From contig CBDIIB010000005.1 of the NCBI GenBank assembly GCA_965279525.1, positions 64,001-128,000 of the forward strand: a stretch of 64,000 nucleotides of DNA, read 5' to 3'. The position numbers and the translations under genes are program-made. Shown one piece after another: positions 11,087 through 22,855 of the stretch; position 1 is the stretch's first letter, and every line of letters begins with the position of its first letter. This stretch comes from Tagaea sp. (GTDB lineage Bacteria; Pseudomonadota; Alphaproteobacteria; CACIAM-22H2). The notes below the pieces were generated by a model that did no database searches, was not told where the DNA came from, and was given only the letters and a program-made list of their open reading frames with translations.

Positions 11087-11155
11087 GGGCTAATATTCTT
11101 GACAATCTGAAGATGTTCCGACATCGTCAGAGCCAGTCAGGCGTGCTCTTTGACA
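11087..11155 (+). promoter_or_regulatory. sigma70-like promoter with overlapping operator-like motif and downstream boxA
   Basis: GGGCTAATATTCTT (11087-11100) overlaps TTGACA (11099-11104); weak -10 CATCGT at 17-bp spacing; TGCTCTTTGACA (11144-11155) differs by one base from the boxA consensus TGCTCTTTAACA. Confidence 0.55.
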
Positions 11156-11230
11156 TGGTGAAAAGGCCGCACCATGCCGGGTGATCGAGACCGGATAACC
11201 GGGTGCGGCCGGTTCTGACTACAAAATCCC

Positions 11231-11435
11231 GAAAACGCGCGCGACGTCTCCGTCTCATCGATGAATTCGAGACGGATCAACGGGTTGGCGAGGAGACGGT
11301 AACGTCCCGTCTCCTCCCGTCTCGCAAATCTTGCGTCAACTGAAACGCGAAGACGTAAACGTCAACGCGTTGCGCATCAACGGGTTGGCCAGTTGACGGT
11401 CAACTTGCGTCAACGCCCGTCAACCAAACTTTGCG
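11231..11435. repeat. Two diverged ~100-bp units with identical 14-bp cores and internal short-motif arrays
   Basis: ATCAACGGGTTGGC at 11276-11289 and 11376-11389; unit 1 has 4x CGTCTC and 2x GAGACG; unit 2 region has 4x CGTCAAC and GTTGACG; both end CAAA..TTGCG. Confidence 0.8.
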
Positions 11436-11442
11436 GAGCCCT

Positions 11443-12126
11443 TCAGCCGATATCGCCCGCCGTGTTGGTGTGCGACAGGTTGTAAATCCCCCGGATCGCA
11501 CCGGCCCTTGCACCCGCCGCGATCAGCGCGCCGTCGCCCAGCTCCACCTGCGCCAGATGTTCGAGCGCGCCCCGGTCGTAGCCGCACGCGACGAAGATCC
11601 AGTCGGCCACCGCATCGGCACCGCCCCGGATCTTCTGCTCGGTCGTGGCGGCGATCTTCGGGGTCTGCGTCTCAAGCAGGTGGCCTGCCGTCGTGCCGGC
11701 GCGCGCGGCGACGAGCTTCGCAAGGCCGCGCAGATGGTCGCGCAGTTTCGGTGCGGCACCCTCGGCGGGCGACAGCCGCACCGTCAGCGCGTGGCGTGCC
11801 AGCGCCCCACCGTGGCTTTCCAGCACGCGGCACTGGCTGCGCACCATGTTGCGGTGGTGCGGCATCATTTTCGTCGACCAGGGCGTGGGCGCGTTGAGGC
11901 GCTTGAGGTACCCGTCCGACACCAGCGTCTCGTAGGCCTCGAGCTCGTACATCACGAAGTAGCCGTCGCCGCCGTCGGCCGCCGCCCAGCGCGCCCCGCG
12001 CAGGAACCCCGGCACCGACATCCGCTCGGGGAAATGCTCGTGGCTGTGCCAGTTCTCGAATTCCGCGCGATGGGCGGGTGCGATGTCCCACCACATCGCG
12101 ACCGCACCCTTGCCGAGCAGCGCCAT
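11443..12126 (-). CDS. Hypothetical protein, DUF4286-like (dimeric alpha/beta barrel type)
   Basis: EFENWHSHEHFPERMSVPGFLRGARW...YFVMYELE...PTPWS. Confidence 0.7.
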   Translation of the reverse strand: MALLGKGAVAMWWDIAPAHRAEFENWHSHEHFPERMSVPGFLRGARWAAADGGDGYFVMYELEAYETLVSDGYLKRLNAPTPWSTKMMPHHRNMVRSQCRVLESHGGALARHALTVRLSPAEGAAPKLRDHLRGLAKLVAARAGTTAGHLLETQTPKIAATTEQKIRGGADAVADWIFVACGYDRGALEHLAQVELGDGALIAAGARAGAIRGIYNLSHTNTAGDIG

Positions 12127-12129
12127 CTT

Positions 12130-12879
12130 CTAGGCGGCCATCTTCACGAACGACGCGAGATCGTCGGCGAGGTCCGCCACGGCCGCGTCCCACAGCCGCT
12201 TGCCCGCCTCGATCGACGACAGGCTCGGGTTCGAGCCGATGCGCCCGTCGGGGAAGTTGCGCCGGTAGTCGTTCGCGTCGGTGAACTCGCCGCGCGGGGC
12301 GACCTCCGGGCTCATCTTCATGTGGCGCACGGCTTCCGGGTAGACCGCCCAGGTGAGCGAGACTTCCGACGGCGTGGCGTGGCTGCCTTCCTGGTCGCCA
12401 TAGAGCTCGCGGCTGATCGCCTTCACCTTCCCGCTGTCGTACCAGTTGCGCAGGCGGCAGCGCACCGCCGGCCGGTTCGACGCGCGCATCAGCGAAGCTT
12501 CCGCGTAGATCTCGGAGAACGCCGAGCTGAACGGCGCCACGTTGCCGCCATGCCCGTTGACGAAATAGAAATGCGTGAAGCCGTGGCGCGCGAGGCTTTC
12601 CACGTTGTCCTTCACGACCGCGATCAGCGTCGAGGGCCGCAGCGTCATCGAGCCCGCGAACGCCAGATGGTGCTGCGCCATGCCGACCGCGATGGTGGGG
12701 GCGACGAGCGTGCCGGTCTTCTCGCCCAGCTTCCGGCCGACCGCCTCGCCGCAGATCGCGTCGGTGCCGATCAGGCCGTTGGGGCCGTGCTGTTCGGTCG
12801 AACCGATCGGGATGATGATCGCGGTCGATTTCTTCAGGTAGGCCTCGACCTCCTGCCAGGTCTGCATGTGGAGCAGCAT
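12130..12879 (-). CDS. Creatininase / creatinine amidohydrolase family protein
   Basis: PIGSTEQHGP...GTD, NGHGGN, GSHATPSE. Confidence 0.92.
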   Translation of the reverse strand: MLLHMQTWQEVEAYLKKSTAIIIPIGSTEQHGPNGLIGTDAICGEAVGRKLGEKTGTLVAPTIAVGMAQHHLAFAGSMTLRPSTLIAVVKDNVESLARHGFTHFYFVNGHGGNVAPFSSAFSEIYAEASLMRASNRPAVRCRLRNWYDSGKVKAISRELYGDQEGSHATPSEVSLTWAVYPEAVRHMKMSPEVAPRGEFTDANDYRRNFPDGRIGSNPSLSSIEAGKRLWDAAVADLADDLASFVKMAA

Positions 12880-13024
12880 CGCGCGTCAAATCCTTCCGGA
12901 ATCCGAGGAACTTGGGACGCGGATGATCGCGCCGTTCGGTCCTCTCGACAAGGGGAAGCCGACGGGCTAGAAGCCGCACGTATTTCGGCACCCCCAGCGG
13001 TGCGATTCCCGTCAGGAGCGTCCC

Positions 13025-13939
13025 TTGAAAGTCACCCAGAAGGTCAAGAAGATCCTCGCCAACTACGAGAGCGACAATCCGGGCACGAAGACGAACCTTG
13101 CCCGCCTCCTGATGACCGGCAAGCTCGCCGGCACGGGCAAGCTGGTGATCCTGCCCGTCGACCAGGGCTTCGAGCACGGCCCCGCCCGCTCGTTCGCGCC
13201 CAACCCCGACGCCTACGACCCGCACTATCACTACCAGCTCGCGATCGACGCCGGCTGCAACGCCTACGCCGCCCCGCTCGGGCCGCTCGAAGCCGGTGCC
13301 GACACGTTCGCGGGTGCCATCCCGACGATCCTCAAGATGAACTCGTCGAACTCGATCGCGACGATCAAGGACCAGGCCGTCACGGCGTCGATCGGCGATG
13401 CGCTGCGCCTGGGCTGCTCGGCCATCGGCTTCACGATCTATCCGGGTGCCGAAGACCAGTTCGAGATGATGGAAGAGATCCGCGAACTCGCCGAAGAGGC
13501 GAAGTCGGTCGGCCTCGCCGTCGTCATGTGGTCGTATCCGCGCGGCGGCAAGCTCGACAAGGCGGGCGAGACGGCGCTCGACATCACGGCCTATGCCGCC
13601 CATCTCGCGGCATTGCTGGGCGCGCACATCATCAAGGTGAAGCCGCCCACATCCGTGCTGTGGCAGCCCGAGGCGAAGGCCGCCTACGAGAAGGCCGGCG
13701 TGGACATCTCGACCCTCGACAAGCGCATCGCGCACGTCATGCAGTCGTCCTTCGCCGGACGGCGCATCGTCGTGTTCTCGGGCGGGGAAGCGAAGGACGA
13801 GGCAACACTGTTGACCGAGATCAAGGCACTGCGCGACGGCGGGGCCTCGGGCTCGATCGTCGGGCGCAATGCTTTCCAGCGCAAGCGCGAGGACGCGATC
13901 GCGCTGCTCGGCAAGATCATCGACATCTACAAGAGCTGA
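13025..13939 (+). CDS. fbaB: Class I fructose-bisphosphate aldolase (DhnA type)
   Basis: LVILPVDQGFEHGP, WSYPRGG, AHIIKVK, GSIVGRN; TTG start after AGGAG. Confidence 0.93.
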   Translation: MKVTQKVKKILANYESDNPGTKTNLARLLMTGKLAGTGKLVILPVDQGFEHGPARSFAPNPDAYDPHYHYQLAIDAGCNAYAAPLGPLEAGADTFAGAIPTILKMNSSNSIATIKDQAVTASIGDALRLGCSAIGFTIYPGAEDQFEMMEEIRELAEEAKSVGLAVVMWSYPRGGKLDKAGETALDITAYAAHLAALLGAHIIKVKPPTSVLWQPEAKAAYEKAGVDISTLDKRIAHVMQSSFAGRRIVVFSGGEAKDEATLLTEIKALRDGGASGSIVGRNAFQRKREDAIALLGKIIDIYKS

Positions 13940-13944
13940 TCGAC

Positions 13945-14589
13945 GTGGCGCTCCACAAGACGCGCCTCTATCTGATCACGCCGCCGGAACTCGATCCGGC
14001 GGCGTTTTCGCCTCTGCTCGAAGCGGCACTGGATGCTGGCGACGTCGCGTGCCTGCAACTGCGCCTCAAGGGCGCTTCCGACGACGCGATCCGCGCGGCC
14101 GCATCCGTGCTGATGCCGATCGCGCACAAATACAATGTCGCCTTCCTGATGAACGACCGCGCCGATCTGGCCAAAGAACTCGACTGCGACGGCGTGCATA
14201 TCGGGCAAGAGGACGGCAGCCTCGCCGACGCGCGCGCCCTGCTCGGCAAGGAGCGCATCGTCGGCGTGACGTGCCATGCCTCGCGCGATCTCGGGTTCGA
14301 GGCGGCCGAGGGCGGGGCCGATTATGTGGCCTTCGGCGCCTTCTTCCCGTCGGCGACCAAGCCCGACCCGAAGGGCCAGGCGGAGTTCGATCTCGTCGCC
14401 GACTGGACCAGCCACGTGACGGTCCCGTGCGTCGCCATCGGCGGGATCAGCCCTGAAAACTGCGGCCCGCTCGTCGAAGCGGGGGCCGATTTCCTCGCCG
14501 TTTCCGGTGCCATCTGGAATCATGCGCAAGGCCCGGCCGCAGCGGTTAAAGCCTTCCTCGACGCGATTTCCAAGCACAAGCCGCGTTGA
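13945..14589 (+). CDS. thiE: Thiamine-phosphate synthase
   Basis: LYLITPP, LQLRLK, MNDRADL, DGVHIGQED, ADYVAFG, VAIGGI; GTG start. Confidence 0.9.
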   Translation: MALHKTRLYLITPPELDPAAFSPLLEAALDAGDVACLQLRLKGASDDAIRAAASVLMPIAHKYNVAFLMNDRADLAKELDCDGVHIGQEDGSLADARALLGKERIVGVTCHASRDLGFEAAEGGADYVAFGAFFPSATKPDPKGQAEFDLVADWTSHVTVPCVAIGGISPENCGPLVEAGADFLAVSGAIWNHAQGPAAAVKAFLDAISKHKPR

Positions 14590-14675
14590 TTGCCTTTGTG
14601 ACCCCATGCTGCTAGCTTCCCGGCCGCTTTCAGGGGCCGACGGCGGCCGCCTTCCAACGGGATTCGGGATTTAAA

Positions 14676-15242
14676 ATGAAGATCATCGGCAGTGCGATCC
14701 GCCAGGGCAACGTCATCGAAGTCGACGGCAAGATGTGGCGCGTGGTGAAGCACAACATCGTCAGCCCCGGCAAGGGCGGTGCCTTCAACCAGATCGAGAT
14801 CCGCGACGTCAAGACCGGCACCAAGTCGAACATGAAGTTCCGCTCGGACGAGACGTGCGAGCTGCTGCGCGTCGAGGAAAAGGACCTGCAGTTCCTGTTC
14901 AAGGACGGCGAGCAGTACACGTTCATGGACAACCAGTCCTACGAGCAGATCAGCATCTCCGAGGAGATGATCGGCGATCCGGCCGCGTTCCTGACCGACA
15001 ACATGGTCGTCTCGGTGCAGTTCATCGAAGGCACGCCCGTGGGCGTCGAGCTGCCGACCACGACGATCTGCACGATCGTCGAGGCCGACGCGGTCGTGAA
15101 GGGCCAGACGGCGGCTTCGTCCTATAAGCCCGCTTTGCTCGACAACGGCGTCAAGGTCGGCGTGCCGCCCTTCGTGGCCGCCGGCGAGCGAATCGTCGTC
15201 AACATCGCGGAGCGCGCCTACGTCGAACGGGCGAAGGACTGA
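14676..15242 (+). CDS. efp: Elongation factor P
   Basis: SPGKGGAF loop carrying the modifiable Lys; KGQTAASSYKPA, VPPFV. Confidence 0.97.
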   Translation: MKIIGSAIRQGNVIEVDGKMWRVVKHNIVSPGKGGAFNQIEIRDVKTGTKSNMKFRSDETCELLRVEEKDLQFLFKDGEQYTFMDNQSYEQISISEEMIGDPAAFLTDNMVVSVQFIEGTPVGVELPTTTICTIVEADAVVKGQTAASSYKPALLDNGVKVGVPPFVAAGERIVVNIAERAYVERAKD

Positions 15243-15264
15243 GCCGGTCGGCAGGTCCAGCACG

Positions 15265-16077
15265 ATGCGCGCCACCTCGCACTCCGCCCTCTTCACCGTC
15301 ATGGAGCGTGCCGCCCGCAAGGCCGGCCGCCAGCTCGCGCGCGACTTCGGCGAGGTCGAGAACCTCCAGGTCTCGGTCAAGAGCCCCAGCGACTTCGTCT
15401 CGACCGCCGACCTCGCCTCGGAGCGCACGATCCGCGCCGAGCTCGAGCGCGCGCGCCCCGGCTTCTCGTTCCTGATGGAAGAAGGCGGCGTGGTCACCGG
15501 CAAGGATCCCGACCATGTCTGGATCATCGACCCGCTCGACGGCACGACCAACTTCCTGCATTCCGACCCGCACTTCTGCATATCGATGGCGCTCGCGCAC
15601 AAGGGCGAGTTGCTCGCGGGCCTGATCTACAATCCCGTGCTCGACGAGCTCTACTGGGCCGAGAAGGGCAAGGGCGCTTTCCTCAACAGCCGGCGCCTGC
15701 GCGTGTCGGGACGGCGCGACATGGGCGAAGCACTCATCGGCACCGGCATCCCGTTCCGCGGCCGCGGCGACCACGCGCACTACCTGAAGCTCCTCGGCAC
15801 GACGATGGACAAGGTCGCCGGCATCCGCCGGGCCGGTGCCGCCGCCCTCGACCTTGCCTACGTGGCCGCCGGGCGGCTCGACGGCTTCTTCGAGATCGGC
15901 CTCAACAAGTGGGACATCGCGGCCGGAATCCTGCTGATCCGGGAGGCCGGCGGATTCGTCGGCGACCTCGACGGCGGCCCGGACGCGCTGGAAACCGGCA
16001 ACATCGTGGCCGGCAACGCCAAGCTTTTCGAACCGTTGGGTAAAATGCTCGTCGCCGCCGGCGGATCGGGCAAGTAA
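15265..16077 (+). CDS. suhB: Inositol monophosphatase family protein SuhB
   Basis: WIIDPLDGTTNF, GAAALDLAYVAAGRLDGFFE, WDIAAG. Confidence 0.93.
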   Translation: MRATSHSALFTVMERAARKAGRQLARDFGEVENLQVSVKSPSDFVSTADLASERTIRAELERARPGFSFLMEEGGVVTGKDPDHVWIIDPLDGTTNFLHSDPHFCISMALAHKGELLAGLIYNPVLDELYWAEKGKGAFLNSRRLRVSGRRDMGEALIGTGIPFRGRGDHAHYLKLLGTTMDKVAGIRRAGAAALDLAYVAAGRLDGFFEIGLNKWDIAAGILLIREAGGFVGDLDGGPDALETGNIVAGNAKLFEPLGKMLVAAGGSGK

Positions 16078-16136
16078 ACAGGACGGCGAAAGGCGGTTGT
16101 TCGCCGCCGCCGGCTCGCGCTAATGTCGGAGCCGTC

Positions 16137-17105
16137 ATGAAGAAAACGCTTTTCGCGGCCACCGCCCTTTCCGTCCTCGCCCTCTACACCGGCGACGCCT
16201 CGGCCCAGCAACAGCTGCGCCAGCCGCGCGCCAGCGTCGAGGTCGACTGGTCGGTCCTCGACGAGCTCAACACACCGGCGGCCGGCACGCCCGCCCTGCG
16301 CCCGCCGCGCGGCATGGCCAATGCCGGGCCGCGCACGCCGGCCGCACCGCTCGCGGCCAATTCCTCGCCCGCCATCCAGCGCGCACCGCTGGTCCCGCCG
16401 TCGGCCGCTGCCGGCTTCACGCCGCCGCCGCCGCCGCCGAGTTTCGCGGCGGCACCTGCCCCGGTCGCACCGCCCGCTCCGGCTGCGGCGACCACGCTTC
16501 CGCCGCCCCCGCCGATCGCCGCAGCCGCGCCGCCGCGCGCGGTCACCCCGCCACCGGCACCGCCGCCGGCACCGGCCCAGATGGCCAGCGCGCCGCCGCC
16601 CCCGCCGCCCCCTTCGGTGACGCAGTCGCCGCGTCCGCTGCCGCCGCCGGCCGCCGTTTCGGCACCGCCCCCGCCGCCGCCGGTCGTTGCCGCTCCGGCT
16701 GCACCGCCGCCGGCTCCCGCACCCGTCCAGGCCGCACCCGCCCCCGCTCCGGCCCCGCAGGTCGCCGCAGCGCCGCCCGCCGCGCGCGCCGCCGACGGAC
16801 CGATCGCGCGCCTCGCGTTCAATACCGGCTCGGCTGAGATCAACGAGGCGGGCAAGACCGCACTCGCCCCCGTCATCGCCGAACTGCAGCGCGACGCGAG
16901 TGCGCGCCTGCAGCTCCAGGCCTTTGCCAGCGGCGGCGACGACCAGGGCGGCCAGGCGCGCCGCCTGTCGCTGTCGCGCGCCCTCGCGGTGCGCGGCCAG
17001 CTGATCGAGCAGGGCATCGCCTCGACCCGCATGGACGTGCGTGCCCTTGGCCGCACGACCGACGGCCCGCCGGACCGCGTGGACATCGTCCTCGTACGCC
17101 GCTAG
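16137..17105 (+). CDS. Secreted proline-rich protein with C-terminal OmpA-like domain
   Basis: Signal peptide, long Pro/Ala linker, ARRLSLSRALAVRGQLIEQGIASTRMDVRALG. Confidence 0.88.
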   Translation: MKKTLFAATALSVLALYTGDASAQQQLRQPRASVEVDWSVLDELNTPAAGTPALRPPRGMANAGPRTPAAPLAANSSPAIQRAPLVPPSAAAGFTPPPPPPSFAAAPAPVAPPAPAAATTLPPPPPIAAAAPPRAVTPPPAPPPAPAQMASAPPPPPPPSVTQSPRPLPPPAAVSAPPPPPPVVAAPAAPPPAPAPVQAAPAPAPAPQVAAAPPAARAADGPIARLAFNTGSAEINEAGKTALAPVIAELQRDASARLQLQAFASGGDDQGGQARRLSLSRALAVRGQLIEQGIASTRMDVRALGRTTDGPPDRVDIVLVRR

Positions 17106-17134
17106 CCCCAACTCGGCCGAAAGGACCGGACCGG

Positions 17135-18289
17135 ATGGACGCGATCATCGCACGCCCGACCCGTTTCCTGGTCCGCACGCTCCTGTTCCTCGCGGCGGTC
17201 GGCGGCGTCATCTATTTCCTGTTCGACGGCATCGTCGCGGCGTTCGAGCACCACATGGCGCTCAACGGCCTGATCGTCGGCGTGCTGCTGCTGGGCATCG
17301 CGTTCAATTTCCGCCAGATCCTTTCGCTCAACGCCGAGATCGCGTGGATCGAGAAGTTCCGCGCCAACCGCCCGTCGATCTCGAACGAGCGCGCCCCGCG
17401 CCTTCTCGCCCCGATGGTCAAGATGCTGGGCGAACGCACCGGGCGCTTCAGCCTGTCGCCGGTCTCGATGCGCTCGCTGCTCGACTCGATCGGCAGCCGC
17501 ATGGACGAGAGCCGCGACTTGTCGCGCTATCTCGTGGGGCTGCTCATCTTCCTCGGGCTGCTCGGCACGTTCTGGGGCCTCCTGCAGACGGTCGCCGCCG
17601 TCGGCGGCGTCATCGCAACGCTGTCGGCCTCGACCGACACGGCCTCGCTGTTCGCCGACCTGCAGAACGGCCTCAAGGCGCCGCTCGCCGGCATGGGAAC
17701 GGCCTTCGGCACGTCGCTGTTCGGCCTTGCAAGCTCGATCGTGCTCGGCTTCTGCGACCTGCAGGCGGGCCAGGCGCAGAACCGCTTCTACAACGACCTT
17801 GAAGAGTGGCTGTCGGCGCAGACGCGCCTGTCGTCGGGTTCGATCGGCGGCGGCGAGGGCGGCGACACGGTGCCGGCCTATATCCAGGCGCTGCTCGAGA
17901 CCACGGCCGACAATCTCGAGAACCTGCAGCGCACGATGGCGCGCACCGAGGACGGCCGCTCGGCCGCCAACCAGGCGAACCTGGCGCTCACCGAGAAGCT
18001 GGGCGCGCTCGCCGACCAGATGAAGGCCGAGCAGCAGCTGCTGCTGAAGCTCGCCGAAGGCCAGATGGAACTGCGCAACGTCATCGCCAAGCTCGCCGAC
18101 GCGCCCCGCGGCGGGGCCGGCGGCATGGACGAGGCGACGCGCATGCACATCCGCAACATGGATGCGGCCCTCTCGCGCATGGTCGAGGAATCCGGTTCCG
18201 GCCGCCTCCAGATGACGCAGGACATCCGCAACGAGATCCGGCTGTTGGCGCGCACCATCGCCAACCTCGCCGAAGAACCGCGGAGCTAG
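17135..18289 (+). CDS. MotA/TolQ/ExbB-like membrane protein
   Basis: Four hydrophobic segments; LGLLGTFWGL and GMGTAFGTSLFGL; C-terminal coiled coil. Confidence 0.88.
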   Translation: MDAIIARPTRFLVRTLLFLAAVGGVIYFLFDGIVAAFEHHMALNGLIVGVLLLGIAFNFRQILSLNAEIAWIEKFRANRPSISNERAPRLLAPMVKMLGERTGRFSLSPVSMRSLLDSIGSRMDESRDLSRYLVGLLIFLGLLGTFWGLLQTVAAVGGVIATLSASTDTASLFADLQNGLKAPLAGMGTAFGTSLFGLASSIVLGFCDLQAGQAQNRFYNDLEEWLSAQTRLSSGSIGGGEGGDTVPAYIQALLETTADNLENLQRTMARTEDGRSAANQANLALTEKLGALADQMKAEQQLLLKLAEGQMELRNVIAKLADAPRGGAGGMDEATRMHIRNMDAALSRMVEESGSGRLQMTQDIRNEIRLLARTIANLAEEPRS

Positions 18290-18293
18290 CGCC

Positions 18294-19424
18294 TTGCGCG
18301 GCGGCAACCGGCGCCACGTCCGCACGATCGACGTGTGGCCGGGCTTCGTCGACGCGCTGGCGACGCTCGTCATCGCGGTCGTGTTCGTGATGATGGTGTT
18401 CGCGGTCTTCCAGTTCTACCTGAAGGACGTCATCGCCGGGCGCGACGACCAGCTCGCGCGCGCCAGCGCCCAGCTCGCCGAACTTGCCAGCACGCTGGCG
18501 ATGGAGCGGCGCGAGCAGCGCGATCTCAACGAGCGCTTCCAGGCGCTCGTCGCCGAGATGCAGGCGACACTCGCCGAGCGCGAGCGCCTGCGCGGCGAGG
18601 CCGAAGCCGCCACCGCCCTGTCCGCCCAGCGCGCCAAGGAACTGGAAGACGCCAACAAGTCGATCGAGATCGACCGCGCGAAATTCGAGGTCCAGCTGCG
18701 CGAGCTGGAAGCGCTCGCCGCCATGCGTCTCGAGATGGAAAAGCGCCTCGCGGCGGCCGAGGAAACCGCCAGCAGCGAGCGCCAGCTGTCGAGCCAGGCA
18801 CAGGCGCAGGTGGCGCTGCTCAACCGCCAGACGGCCGAGCTGCGCGAGCAGCTGCGCCGGCTCGAAGCGCTGCTTTCGGAGTCCGAGAAGAAGTCGGCCG
18901 AATCCCAGGCGCAGATCGCCGATCTCGGCCGGCGTCTGAACCTGGCGCTGGCCAGCCGTGTCGAGGAGCTGTCGCGGTTCCGCTCCGAGTTTTTCGGCCG
19001 CCTGCGCGCGGCACTGGGCGACCGGGCGGAAGTGCGCATCGTCGGCGACCGGTTCGTGTTCCAGTCGGAAGTCCTGTTCGCGTCGGGTGCCGCGACGATC
19101 GAACTGGATGGCGGCCGCCAGCTCCAGCGGCTGGCCGACGTGCTGCGCGAGGTGACCTCGCGCATCCCCAAGGACGTGGACTGGGTGCTGCAGATCACCG
19201 GCCACACCGACCGCCGGCCCATCGCCACGCGCGAGTTCCCGTCCAACTGGGAGCTCTCGTCGGCGCGCGCCATCTCGGTCGTGCGTTTCCTGATGGCCAA
19301 TGGCCTGCCCGCCGAGCGCCTTCAGGCAGCCGGCATGGCCGAGTTCCAGCCGATCGACGATCGCGACGACGAGGTGGGCTGGCGGCGCAACCGGCGCATC
19401 GAGCTGCGCCTGACCAACCGCTGA
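18294..19424 (+). CDS. MotB/OmpA-family peptidoglycan-binding membrane protein
   Basis: WPGFVDAL transmembrane motif, coiled coil, GHTD...SNWELSSARA...NRRIE. Confidence 0.9.
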   Translation: MRGGNRRHVRTIDVWPGFVDALATLVIAVVFVMMVFAVFQFYLKDVIAGRDDQLARASAQLAELASTLAMERREQRDLNERFQALVAEMQATLAERERLRGEAEAATALSAQRAKELEDANKSIEIDRAKFEVQLRELEALAAMRLEMEKRLAAAEETASSERQLSSQAQAQVALLNRQTAELREQLRRLEALLSESEKKSAESQAQIADLGRRLNLALASRVEELSRFRSEFFGRLRAALGDRAEVRIVGDRFVFQSEVLFASGAATIELDGGRQLQRLADVLREVTSRIPKDVDWVLQITGHTDRRPIATREFPSNWELSSARAISVVRFLMANGLPAERLQAAGMAEFQPIDDRDDEVGWRRNRRIELRLTNR

Positions 19425-19431
19425 GACGAAA

Positions 19432-20483
19432 CTAGCAGTTCCCGCCGGCAAGTGCGGCACGGCCGCACGCACTGCCCAGCAGGTCGCCCAGTGTCGAGCC
19501 ACCGCCGCGCACGACGACGACGCGCTGGGCGGACGCCGGTTCGCCGGCCACCGCCGCCACATGGCGCAGATAGAGCTCGGCACGGTCGAGACGGTTGCGC
19601 CCCTGGGCGCGCGCCTCGCAGCTGCGGTCGGACGATTCGGCATCCTTGTCGCCGATCAGGTAGACGACCTCGCGCGGCGCGTAGGATTTGGCGAGCTGGG
19701 CGCCGCTGCGACCGAACGCATAGACGGCCGGCAGTGCCGAGCCGAAGGGCCACTGGTTGAAGCCGACGCACTTCTCGCGCTCGAAGGGCGCGAACCCGTC
19801 CTCGCCGCGCCCCGGGCGCTTCTCGTCGAAATAGAGGAACGTGTCGGCCGCCGCGACGACGAAGCGCAGCTTGATGCCAGCCCCGTCGGGGGCGGCGAAC
19901 CCCTTGCCGCTCGCGGCATAGAGCTGGGCCGTGCGCGCGCTCTGCCCGTGGCCGACCAGCACGATCTCGCCGAGGTCGGGGAAAATCGCGCGATCGGACA
20001 GATAGAGAAGCAGCGCATCGAGCACGGCGAAGCTCGACACGAGCGCACCGGAGTCGCGCGGGCTCGACGGGCGCGAATTGCCGCCGTCGCGCCAGCCTTC
20101 CAGCGTCCAGCGCGCGAAGTCGGGGCCGAGCCCGTGCTTCTCGGCATCCTGTGCGGCAAGGAACTGGGGCACGAGGATGATCGACTCCCCGCCGCCACCC
20201 GTGACCTGGCGGAGCGCGTCGAACACGGCACCGGCGTTGCGCGCGACATCCTGGATGCCGATCACCGCGCGCTTCACGCCGGCATGCGGGTCGACGAGCT
20301 TCCGGTCGGCGAAGACCGGCAGCAGGGCGGAAGCCCCGCCGTCGACCGGGACCGCGAAATCCTGGTCGGAAATGCGGTCGATGGCACGCAGCAGCAGCGG
20401 ATTGGTGCCGCGCAGCGGCTGGTCGGAGCCGCACGCCGACAAGGCGAGGCCAAGGGAGACCAGCACGGCCGCAAACGTCGCTT

Positions 20484-20487
<4 letters not shown>
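19432..20487 (-). CDS. Lipoprotein with alpha/beta-hydrolase fold, catalytic residues apparently lost
   Basis: LSAC lipobox; ILVPQF, SSFAVLDALL...FPDLGEIVLVGHGQSA (normally GHSxGG); ATGA overlap with the ABC gene. Confidence 0.75.
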
Positions 20488-22325
<1,838 letters not shown>

Positions 22326-22345
22326 CGTGGCTGCGGTCCGTTCCT

Positions 22346-22675
22346 TCAGGCGATCGAGACCGGCCGGCCGGTCGCCTGGGCGAGATCGGCGGCAAGTCTG
22401 GTTTCGAGAATGTCGGGGCTGCGCGTCGAACGCCAGCAGCCGGCGTCCTTGTCCCATGCGTAGTGTGCCGCTCCCGACACCGGCGAGGATACCCAGATCT
22501 GCCGGGTCGGCGCGTGCCTGTTGATGACGAACTGCCCGCCGGCGGCCAGCCCGATCGTCAGGATGCCGCCGCGGAGTTCGATCTCGGGGTCGTCGTCCGC
22601 CAGCGCGCGCTCGACCGCGTCCTGCAGCCGCTGCAGCGTGCGCTCGGCCTCGGCGGCGAATTCGCGATCGTCCAT
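22346..22675 (-). CDS. cyaY: Iron donor protein CyaY (frataxin)
   Basis: MDDREF...GGILTI...[24 protein letters not shown]. Confidence 0.92.
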   Translation of the reverse strand: MDDREFAAEAERTLQRLQDAVERALADDDPEIELRGGILTIGLAAGGQFVINRHAPTRQIWVSSPVSGAAHYAWDKDAGCWRSTRSPDILETRLAADLAQATGRPVSIA

Positions 22676-22855
22676 CGGCAGCAAAACTCCGGGAAAAATC
22701 AATGCGTTCTGCGCTTTAGCACGGGCAGCCGCAAAGGTCGAGAGGCTGGGTCGGGTCGGCTTGCACGCGCGCCCGCAAGCCTGTATAAGCCCCGCTCTTG
22801 CCAAGGCGCCGCATGTGGCCGCCTGGCGACCGATTGGGAAATCCCGGAGCGCGCG

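Noticed and set aside
11155-11302. Tiny ORFs (9-14 codons) inside the non-coding element
   Set aside because: Too short, with weak or absent SD; they do not explain the two-strand repeat pattern.
11231-11435. Possible mini-CRISPR array
   Set aside because: Only two 14-bp identical cores, the intervening sequences resemble each other, and there are no cas genes.
11431-14589. 1052-aa plus-strand ORF
   Set aside because: Shadow frame in high-GC DNA; only the last 214 aa (thiE) are real, and the rest overlaps genuine genes.
16400-16790. Dense CCG repeats
   Set aside because: They encode the Pro/Ala linker of the OmpA-like protein.
17135-19424. Flagellar stator or Zorya-type defence system
   Set aside because: No flagellar genes or ZorC/D/E-like partners nearby; the efp-suhB-motA-motB context is a familiar alphaproteobacterial core arrangement.
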